Shown in pieces: positions 57,217-64,000 of a stretch of 64,000 bases of DNA. The notes below the pieces were generated by a model. The model was not told where the DNA came from and searched no databases. It saw nothing but the letters and a program-made list of their open reading frames with translations. Within the stretch, counting starts at the first letter, position 1. Every line of letters starts with the position of its first letter. The stretch lies in the IMG/VR virus record IMGVR_UViG_3300050138_000573, positions 2,098 through 66,097 of that record. The stretch is one strand, 5' to 3'. The DNA is from a virus (taxonomy: Duplodnaviria > Caudoviricetes). Position numbers and translations under genes: made by a program.

Positions 57217-57345
57217 TTGACATTTCCTCACCCCAGTCATGTCAGACCTCCATCGTTCCAATTTGCCGCCACCCGAGTCAAAGCGCGTAAGGGGTTACGC
57301 GGAGGTCTGTTTTCTTTGGCGTTGAGGGTGGCGGCATTCTTTTTC
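57217..57345 (+). promoter_or_regulatory. TTGACA promoter plus structured leader/attenuator-like element
   Basis: TTGACA at 57217; three complementary pairs; T-tract before ATG 57348. Confidence 0.55.
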
Positions 57346-57347
57346 CC

Positions 57348-57797
57348 ATGCCCCTATTAAATTACACTACGCAGATCGATGCCGAGCGAACCGTGGCCGA
57401 GATCGAAAAAGCTCTTTCTCTCGCTGGCGCCTCGGCGATCATGAAGGAGTTTGATCCGGTGACGAATCAGCCGAGTACGCTGACTTTCAAGATTATGACG
57501 AGCCATGGGTCCTTGGCCTTCAAACTGCCGGCACGAGTGGAAAACGCAGTCAAGATTCTCAATCGCCAAGCCTGCGGTGGGAAAATCCCTCGTCGTTTTG
57601 AGAACAATCGCGAGCAAGCGATTCGCGTCGCGTGGCGCATAGTGCGTGAATGGACCTTGGCCCAGTTGGCTCTCATCGAACTTGAGCAGGCCGAGGCAAC
57701 GGAACTGTTTTTGCCCTTCGCGACTGGCCGGGATGGCCGCACTCTTTATGAGCGGATGGATGAACTGAAGTCGTCTGGATTACTCGCGCTAAAATGA
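57348..57797 (+). CDS. conserved hypothetical phage protein
   Basis: LLNYTT.I...T..EI...L...GA..I; QA.RVAWRI...W..AQ.A.IE; FLPF. Confidence 0.8.
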   Translation: MPLLNYTTQIDAERTVAEIEKALSLAGASAIMKEFDPVTNQPSTLTFKIMTSHGSLAFKLPARVENAVKILNRQACGGKIPRRFENNREQAIRVAWRIVREWTLAQLALIELEQAEATELFLPFATGRDGRTLYERMDELKSSGLLALK

Positions 57798-58003
57798 CCG
57801 ACAAAGCCGCCATCGCCAAACTGCTCGACGAGGTGAAGTGGGAAGCGATCCCCGAACCGACGTACATGAATCCGGGCGAACTCTACGCGACGCATTTCGG
57901 CCACATCGAAATCAACGGCCTGAGCCTGAGAGTGCACCAGCTCAGCGACGGTACGCGCGTCATCACCACCGAGTCGATCGCCAAACTTTTTGGAGTCGAA
58001 TGA
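57794..58003 (+). CDS. hypothetical protein
   Basis: YATHFG.IEI.G..LRV..L.DG.RVI; ATGA-coupled. Confidence 0.65.
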   Translation: MTDKAAIAKLLDEVKWEAIPEPTYMNPGELYATHFGHIEINGLSLRVHQLSDGTRVITTESIAKLFGVE

Positions 58004-58767
58004 GCGATGGACTCACCCACCTCGACCTCTTCACCGGCATCGGAGGCTTCGCGCTCGCTGCTGCTCGCGCCGGCTTCGCGACCGTCGCCTTCAGTGAAAT
58101 CGAACCCTTCGCCTGCCGGGTCCTCGTCGAGCGATTCCCCGGAATCCCAAACCTCGGGGACATCACGCGTATCACCGACGCCACGCTTGGCCCGGTCCTT
58201 GCGCTTACGGGCGGGGTTCCATGCCAGCCTGCAAGCCTCATTGGGCAACAACTCGGCACCGATGATGAGAGATGGCTTTGGCCTGACGCCCTCCGATGCG
58301 TTGGCCTCTTTCGACCCGGCTACGTGCTCTTTGAAAACCCACCAGCAATCCTTACCCTTGAATCTGGGCGGCCCTTCGCTGGAATCCTCGGTGGACTGGC
58401 CGCGCTCGGGTATGATGTGTGGTGGGACTGCCTACCCGCTGCCGCCTTTGGCGCGGGACATTACCGAAACCGAGTCTGGATTTTTGCTGCCCACCCCGAC
58501 CGCACGAGACTGGAAGGATTCACCGGGAATGGCCCGGCGCTCGGGCGACAGGAATCGCACGGATCAGTTGCCGCGCCGAATCTACGAGATCGAAAACTCA
58601 CGGAAAGGCGATGGTATGCTCAATCCGGCATTCAGCCTGTGGTTGATGGGATACCCGGATGGCTGGCTGAATTGCAATTACACGCGGTCGGCAACGCGAT
58701 CGTCCCGCAAGTCGCGGAACCCTTCTTCCGCTGGATCCGGCAAATCGAAGGAGACCGCCTGACATGA
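58000..58767 (+). CDS. dcm: C5-cytosine DNA methyltransferase, alpha-type chain
   Basis: DLFTGIGG (I), GVPCQP.S (IV), FENP (VI), HYRNRVWI (VIII), GNAIVPQVA (X); motif IX absent. Confidence 0.9.
   Translation: MSDGLTHLDLFTGIGGFALAAARAGFATVAFSEIEPFACRVLVERFPGIPNLGDITRITDATLGPVLALTGGVPCQPASLIGQQLGTDDERWLWPDALRCVGLFRPGYVLFENPPAILTLESGRPFAGILGGLAALGYDVWWDCLPAAAFGAGHYRNRVWIFAAHPDRTRLEGFTGNGPALGRQESHGSVAAPNLRDRKLTERRWYAQSGIQPVVDGIPGWLAELQLHAVGNAIVPQVAEPFFRWIRQIEGDRLT
58007..58762 (+). CDS. overlapping +1-frame beta-type chain of the C5 methyltransferase
   Basis: WPRSGMM, LLPTPTARDWK, LNPAFSLWLMGYPDGW (motif IX-like); start uncertain. Confidence 0.7.
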   Translation: MDSPTSTSSPASEASRSLLLAPASRPSPSVKSNPSPAGSSSSDSPESQTSGTSRVSPTPRLARSLRLRAGFHASLQASLGNNSAPMMRDGFGLTPSDALASFDPATCSLKTHQQSLPLNLGGPSLESSVDWPRSGMMCGGTAYPLPPLARDITETESGFLLPTPTARDWKDSPGMARRSGDRNRTDQLPRRIYEIENSRKGDGMLNPAFSLWLMGYPDGWLNCNYTRSATRSSRKSRNPSSAGSGKSKETA

Positions 58768-58970
58768 GCCATCCAGCCCAAGCCAGATACGGCGCCTGCA
58801 CGGCAATCAATAAACACGGGCAGCCGTGTGGGCTTCCGATCGTGCGCGGCGGGCGCTGCGGCTATCACCAGCCGGAGGAGATTGAAAAGAGGCTGCTCGC
58901 CAAGCTGCGCCGCAATGGGCGCGAGCGGGACGTTATCACCGAGGAACTACGTAAACTCCAAATGCCATGA
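58764..58970 (+). CDS. small Cys/His protein
   Basis: CTAINKHGQPC...CGYH. Confidence 0.6.
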   Translation: MSHPAQARYGACTAINKHGQPCGLPIVRGGRCGYHQPEEIEKRLLAKLRRNGRERDVITEELRKLQMP

Positions 58971-60715
58971 GCGAATCCCTCGACCTCGCTGACGATCCGC
59001 CCTTGAATCCGGTCACACCGGAATCAAAGCCCTCGTTCACGCCCGGCAGGCTGAAAAAAAATCCCATCCGCTATCCCGTCGAGGAGCCGGTGGTTGAGTC
59101 TCACGCGCCGCTGGAGGAGCCAAGGTGGTCCGGCCGTCCGGCGTTTCAGGACGAGCCCGTGCGTCCGCTCATCCAGCGCGAGGCCGCGCGCGTGCTACCC
59201 TACTCCTCCGAGTCCGAGGAATACCTGCTATCCTGCATCCTGCTCGACGGCCGGGAGACGATCGGCCGCTGCATCGCGTCCCACCTGCCGGCCGCCGCCT
59301 TCTACTCGCCCGCCAACCGCCTGATCTACGAGAAACTCGTGGACATGGCCGGCCGCATGGAGACGGTCGATACCGCGGTACTCGCCCAGGAATTGATCGC
59401 GTCAAAGCAACTCGAAGCGGTCGGCGGGTATCCGTATCTGGTAAAGATTTCCTCAGCCAGCCCGACCACCGCGCAGGCGGCGTACTTCATCAAGAAACTG
59501 AACGACCTCTGGACGCTGCGCGAGATGATCCGCGTGTCCACGGCCGCCGCCGAGCGCGCCTACCAGCCGAATGTCGATCTCCCCGAGTTCATGGCGCAGG
59601 TGCGGCACGAGGTCGATTTCATCACGAGCCAGGGGTTGAACGGCAGCCCAACGAGCAACGCGTATTCCGTCTGGCAGCCGGCCGCGTTCCGCGCGTATCA
59701 GCCGCCCCCCAACCTCGACATCCTGGGCGGGGGCTACATTCGCCGGCGCCAACTCACGACGCTCATCGGCCCGCCGGGCGTCGGCAAGTCGCGCCTCTCC
59801 CTCTGGCTCGCCTGCCTGCACATCACAGGCCGCGAATTCTTCGGCGTGCCGACGCTCAACGGGCCGGCGAAGTGGCTGTTCTTCGGGAACGAGAATGACC
59901 CCACCCGCCAGAAAACCGACCTCGAGTGGTTCTACAAAAGTTTCACCAAAGCCGAGCAGGACTTGATCGACCAAAATCTTTTCCTCCACGTGATCGACCA
60001 GCCGGACGATGGCATCATCACCCTCGCCGATCCTGATGCGTGCGCCAAACTCCACGCGACCCTCGCCCTCGTGAAACCCGATGTGGTGGTCTTCGACCCA
60101 TGGGGGAACATGATCGAGGGGAATGAAAACGACAACGAGGAGGTGCGCCGCACGCTCAAGATCCTGCTGCGCGCCCTCGCTGTGAATTGCCCGGATGCGG
60201 CCGACCTCGTGATCCACCACGCTCGTACCGGCAAATCGACGGCGATCGAGGCGGGCAACAACTTCTCGGGCGGGTCGCTCGGGAGGGGAAGCAAGGCCCT
60301 CGTCTCAAGCGCGCGCTGCGAACTGGCGCTCTGGCCAGGGCACAGTGAGGACTCGAGCCGCCTGGTGCTGACCTGCGAGAAGGTCAACAACGTGAAGAAG
60401 TTCGAGCCCAAGGGACTCATCTTTGAGCATGGGGTTTATCGCGAGGATCCCGAGTTCAGCGTGCAGGCGTGGCGCGATGACATCGAGGGGGCCCGCGGCG
60501 GCAAGACGCTCACGATCCGGGATGTCGTCGAGTGCGTGCGCGCCGGCAACATGAAAGCCGACGCCATCGCCGCCAAATGCGAGGAGGAGTTTGGCGTGTC
60601 ACGCCGCACGGTCACGACCAGGCTGACCGAGGCGTGCGCCAAGGGCTGGCTCGCGCGCACCGTGCCGTCCGGCTCCTACACGCTTGGGAACGTCCGGATG
60701 GCGCCACCAACATGA
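58967..60715 (+). CDS. replicative helicase: DnaB N-terminal domain fused to RepA/AAA_25 ATPase
   Basis: PYS.ESE..LL..ILLD, FY.PANRLIY, LEAVGG.PYL; GPPGVGKS, VVFDP, IHHAR..K, RGS. Confidence 0.85.
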   Translation: MSESLDLADDPPLNPVTPESKPSFTPGRLKKNPIRYPVEEPVVESHAPLEEPRWSGRPAFQDEPVRPLIQREAARVLPYSSESEEYLLSCILLDGRETIGRCIASHLPAAAFYSPANRLIYEKLVDMAGRMETVDTAVLAQELIASKQLEAVGGYPYLVKISSASPTTAQAAYFIKKLNDLWTLREMIRVSTAAAERAYQPNVDLPEFMAQVRHEVDFITSQGLNGSPTSNAYSVWQPAAFRAYQPPPNLDILGGGYIRRRQLTTLIGPPGVGKSRLSLWLACLHITGREFFGVPTLNGPAKWLFFGNENDPTRQKTDLEWFYKSFTKAEQDLIDQNLFLHVIDQPDDGIITLADPDACAKLHATLALVKPDVVVFDPWGNMIEGNENDNEEVRRTLKILLRALAVNCPDAADLVIHHARTGKSTAIEAGNNFSGGSLGRGSKALVSSARCELALWPGHSEDSSRLVLTCEKVNNVKKFEPKGLIFEHGVYREDPEFSVQAWRDDIEGARGGKTLTIRDVVECVRAGNMKADAIAAKCEEEFGVSRRTVTTRLTEACAKGWLARTVPSGSYTLGNVRMAPPT

Positions 60716-61002
60716 GCCCCGATGTTGACTTGTTCGGGCAGCCGTTTCTTGAGCGCGAGCTGCCCGCGCCAAGCGATGGGAAGCGCAAACCCACTCCGCG
60801 CAAGGGTTATGCCGCGCCGCCCGGCACCGGACCCGCGGGGGAAACCTGCCGCAGTTGCGAACACTATGCCCGCGTCGAGCACGCCAAAGTCTATCTCAAG
60901 TGCGCGCTCGTGAAGGCGCGCTGGACCGGCGGCCCGGGGACCGACATTCTGGCGCGGTCGCCTGCCTGCAAATACTGGGAGAAACCCGTGAGCAACACAT
61001 GA
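60712..61002 (+). CDS. small Zn-binding protein
   Basis: GTGPAGETCRSCEH...KC...PAC..W. Confidence 0.7.
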   Translation: MSPDVDLFGQPFLERELPAPSDGKRKPTPRKGYAAPPGTGPAGETCRSCEHYARVEHAKVYLKCALVKARWTGGPGTDILARSPACKYWEKPVSNT

Positions 61003-61100
61003 AGCCGCCGTCGAACCGCGCCCTCGAGTTCTGCCTGTGGCTGATTGTCGCGGCGCTGGCGGTGTGCCTGGCGCTGCTGCTTTATCTCGAGCTCAAATGA
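60999..61100 (+). CDS. 33-aa single-TM protein
   Basis: ATGA-coupled; FCLWLIVAALAVCLALLLYL. Confidence 0.5.
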   Translation: MKPPSNRALEFCLWLIVAALAVCLALLLYLELK

Positions 61101-61345
61101 CCCCGCGCAGCGAGATGGACTTTGACCGCGAGATCGCGATTCCGCCCGAATGGGGGGCCGAGTTCTACTTGGGCGCACCGGTGCTGGCCTGTTGGAGTCC
61201 GCTCAACAACCCATGGGCCGGGACGGTCACGTTTATGGGCGACGGGGATTGCATCGTGGCTATCGAATGGGCGCATGCCGTCCCAGTCGCGCCGGACATC
61301 CCGCTGTTCACCGTTGGCCAGAAGATCCACTATATCTGGCCATGA
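61097..61345 (+). CDS. hypothetical protein
   Basis: ATGA-coupled; ends ...GQKIHYIWP. Confidence 0.6.
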   Translation: MTPRSEMDFDREIAIPPEWGAEFYLGAPVLACWSPLNNPWAGTVTFMGDGDCIVAIEWAHAVPVAPDIPLFTVGQKIHYIWP

Positions 61346-61599
61346 CCGCGCGCGCCGAGCTCATCTACGACCACGAGCTGCCGATCACGCAGGCCGAGGG
61401 GGCGCCCGAGATGTTCGGCCGCATCGGCGCGATGATGCGCGGCTACGAGGCGGACGGGCGTTTGCTCTGGGTGGCGGTGGTCGAGTGGCTGGGGCAGGGC
61501 GACGCGATCGCGGTCGTGACCTACGCCGTCCCGTATGCCTACGGGCCCGAGACCAAGCCGATCATCCGGGGCGACCGGATCCACGTCATCTGGGCGTGA
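61342..61599 (+). CDS. hypothetical protein, similar C-terminus to 61097-61345
   Basis: ends ...GDRIHVIWA; W.G.GD.I.V pattern shared with upstream ORF. Confidence 0.55.
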   Translation: MTARAELIYDHELPITQAEGAPEMFGRIGAMMRGYEADGRLLWVAVVEWLGQGDAIAVVTYAVPYAYGPETKPIIRGDRIHVIWA

Positions 61600-61798
61600 G
61601 CTGCTTCTGGGCCCGCGGCAGGCGCACGGGGCGCGGCTTTGGGCGAAAGGCATAGATGCCCTGCGTCCCGGCCCACCGCTGGTAGCGGTGCATGTCGATC
61701 GCGTGCTCGAGGGCGCGGAGGATCGGCTCCGCCCTTTTCCCGTATCGCTGCTGGCAGGCCAGCCCCGCGAGGCGCAGTTGTCGTTCGTGGTTGGTCAT
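61586..61798 (-). CDS. hypothetical protein
   Basis: 70 aa, starts 2 nt after the HNH stop. Confidence 0.45.
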   Translation of the reverse strand: MTNHERQLRLAGLACQQRYGKRAEPILRALEHAIDMHRYQRWAGTQGIYAFRPKPRPVRLPRAQKQLTPR

Positions 61799-61800
61799 CG

Positions 61801-62412
61801 TCAGTCGACCGATTCGTTCGCCGGGGGTTCCTCAACCCGCCGCCACCACAGTCCCAGCGCCTTCCACTCGTTCGCCACCGCCCGGCTGACCATCGGGGCG
61901 AACGTCGCGTACTTCTTCCCGAAGTGCGCGCAGGCGGCTTTGACTGACGTGAACTCGAGCACCTTGCCCGCGTTGAACGGATCGGCCAGCGGCCACGCCG
62001 GAAACGCCACGTACCGCTGGCATTGGTTCGGGTGGTTCCTCGGGGACCAGTTGCCGAGCGCCGCGCGGGCGTGCGCCAGGTTCCCCTTGTGCGTCATCCA
62101 CGTCAGGTTGCCCGCCGCGTTGTTCCCCTTGTCCAGATCCTCGTGGTTGACCTCCGGCAGCCCCAGCGGGTTCGGCACAAACGCCAGCGCGACGAGGCGG
62201 TGCACGGACAGCAACCTGAACCCCGCCGGATGCCCCGGGATCACAACCTTCACCTTGCGGTAGTCCGTTTTTCCCGCGCGCGCCGGCCGCAGCATCTTCA
62301 CCGCACCCCTCATCGTCGAATAAACCCGGCCGTCCGCAGTCACGAAATACAGCGGATTTTCGGTGATCGCCTTCGCGCCTTCCGGCAACTTCTCGAGAAT
62401 TTGATGCCTCAT
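61801..62412 (-). CDS. NUMOD4-like/HNH homing endonuclease
   Basis: YFVTADGRVYS, VHRLVALAFVPNP.GLPEVNH.D..K.NN...NL.W.T...N. Confidence 0.9.
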   Translation of the reverse strand: MRHQILEKLPEGAKAITENPLYFVTADGRVYSTMRGAVKMLRPARAGKTDYRKVKVVIPGHPAGFRLLSVHRLVALAFVPNPLGLPEVNHEDLDKGNNAAGNLTWMTHKGNLAHARAALGNWSPRNHPNQCQRYVAFPAWPLADPFNAGKVLEFTSVKAACAHFGKKYATFAPMVSRAVANEWKALGLWWRRVEEPPANESVD

Positions 62413-62499
62413 TTCGGCTAGAGCACAACTACATCACGCAGCACTTGCAAGCTTTCTCTGCCGGCCGTTTTGGACCTCCTTTTTACACCCCTACCTTAA

Positions 62500-62740
62500 A
62501 TCTGCGCAAATCTTGGCAACTGCTTCCAAGAACTGCGCAGACTTGCGTTGTCGCTTGCCATGCCTGTTTTCCGCTGGCAAATGACCATTTCATAACTCAC
62601 CACAGATCACTGGATAGCAAATCTTGGCAACCCTTTTAACCATTTGCCATCGCTGTAACTCCTTATTTACCATCATCTTGCAAAACTTTTTGCTACCGTG
62701 GTAAGGGTCAACTGCGAATCTGCCGAGCAGTTGCCCACCA
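62500..62740. repeat. iteron-like repeats (candidate origin)
   Basis: GCAAATCTTGGCAAC at 62506 and 62617; inverted TGGCAAATG/CATTTGCCA; many TTGC/GCAA cores; lower GC. Confidence 0.5.
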
Positions 62741-63316
62741 CCAGAGGATAAAGTCAAACCTATTTTTCAACTATTTTTCGCCTGCCACTTCTCTCCTCTC
62801 CATCTCTCAGTTTGCCCCACACCCTTGCTCCTTTCCTCGCCACACCTCGAGTTCGATCATGGTCCCTACGCTGATACCCACCTTTCAGCCTGGGCCAAAG
62901 GAACCGCCTCTTCCCACGTTTCGGATCTCTGCCTGCCACCACCAGCCTTCTGCCCGGTGCCACCAGCCCTGGCCCCCACCCACCCCTTTCCGCCGGCCCT
63001 GGATTGGACCCTTTCCCGCGGCCAGATGGGACCCTTTTTAAGAGATTCGAATGTGAGGATGATTTGGACCACGAAGCCGAGCCTGAATCGGGGCATACCC
63101 GGCTACGACTTTTTTTCGAATCGCGCCGCCAGTCTGGACCATCACCCGAGCGCACGACGCGCGGCAAGTGCAACGCGTCAGGATTGCGCGAGACCAAACG
63201 AAATAGCTATTGTACGGCGGCACGTGTGCAAAGCGTTGGGGGCCAGGCGATAGCGCAACGCGCAGAGCGCGGAAACGCCGCGAAATACTCGCCAGATTTC
63301 GCAACTCGTTGGTAAA

Positions 63317-63715
63317 CTACGCCGGAAGCGCCTTCGCCTCAACCTTGGCCAGCTCGGCGCGCATGTAGTCGCGCAACGCCGGCGAGTTCGCCAACGCATC
63401 GGCCATCGAGAAGCCTTTGGCGCCCGCTTCCACGTTCAAATTGACCGTGGACTGCATCGGTAGGCCGTCAGAATAGGCCGCAAGGAACGCCGCTGCTTTC
63501 ATTTGCGTGCCGCTGTCCGGCTCAAAGACCATCTCTTTTTTCTCCTTCGAGAAGTAGTATTTGCGGGCGGTGAGCGCGCGGATCGCGGCGGCAACAATGA
63601 AGCGGCGCAACCCGGCAATGCCGTTGAGAAATGAGCGCATGTCCTTGCTCGCGTCTAAGGATTCGTCGGCCTCAACCAAATCCGCCAGGCGATCAACTGT
63701 ATCGTTTCGTGTCAT
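63317..63715 (-). CDS. terminase small subunit candidate
   Basis: 132-aa helical protein with PD..TQMKAA..L..Y..G.P.Q..NLNV pattern; GAGTTGACA promoter upstream. Confidence 0.4.
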   Translation of the reverse strand: MTRNDTVDRLADLVEADESLDASKDMRSFLNGIAGLRRFIVAAAIRALTARKYYFSKEKKEMVFEPDSGTQMKAAAFLAAYSDGLPMQSTVNLNVEAGAKGFSMADALANSPALRDYMRAELAKVEAKALPA

Positions 63716-63776
63716 TTTGCCTTCATGGTTGCGCGCGCGAGGCTTCGCACATTCTCGCGCTCGCTGTCAACTCGAC

Positions 63777-63792
63777 TGTTCCACGTGGAACA
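63777..63792. promoter_or_regulatory. parS-consensus palindrome TGTTCCACGTGGAACA
   Basis: perfect 16-bp palindrome matching the chromosomal ParB-binding consensus. Confidence 0.75.
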
Positions 63793-64000
63793 ATATGTTA
63801 ACTAAAAAGAATCGCGCAAAGCGTTGATTTAAGTCCAGCGTGCGTTAGTTCCCTCTTTATGAGAGAGAATAAACTCGTGTGAGAAGGGAAATAGGCTTTT
63901 GCTGAGCTCGTTTTAATCCTTACGACGAATGAAAAAATACAATGTTGAGCTTGTTTACACTCCGGTTTCGCCGGAGTTCCCTTGGCAAACCGCCGAGGAG

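Noticed and set aside
1-64000. Specific host assignment and temperate lifestyle
   Set aside because: Gene style is suggestive of a high-GC Gram-negative host (possibly Verrucomicrobia), but no integrase, att site or host-diagnostic gene is visible, so it cannot be supported from sequence alone.

Overview
The window looks like most or all of a ~64 kb, GC-rich tailed (podovirus-like) bacteriophage genome. No integrase, DNA polymerase, tape-measure or sheath gene, tRNA or CRISPR array was recognised. Layout: (1) 1-17.4 kb (+): early, recombination and replication genes (HNH endonucleases, RecT/Bet-like annealase, Dam, PD-(D/E)XK nucleases, lysozyme-like protein, SF2 helicase). (2) 17.5-57.1 kb (-): the morphogenesis arm (two XRE HTH genes, a glycosyl/methyl/acetyl-transferase cluster, TerL, a 2805-aa internal/ejection-type protein, portal, GT9, scaffold, major capsid, adaptors, fibre). 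It is interrupted at 30.7-34.8 kb by an inverted (+) cassette. (3) 57.3-61.6 kb (+): C5 methyltransferase and a DnaB-N/AAA helicase. (4) 62.4-64 kb: a non-coding repeat region, a TerS-like gene and a perfect parS palindrome. The best candidate for a new system is the inverted cassette, which ends in an Erv/ALR-type sulfhydryl oxidase directly after cysteine-rich, signal-less proteins, i.e. a possible phage-encoded cytoplasmic disulfide-formation pathway. Other highlights: a small gene with its own strong RBS overprinted inside the giant protein, a fibre and its neighbour carrying Sec signal peptides, a dual-frame split C5 methyltransferase, an orphan parS site and structured RNA-like intergenic elements. 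All family assignments come from motif recognition by eye, not from database searches.
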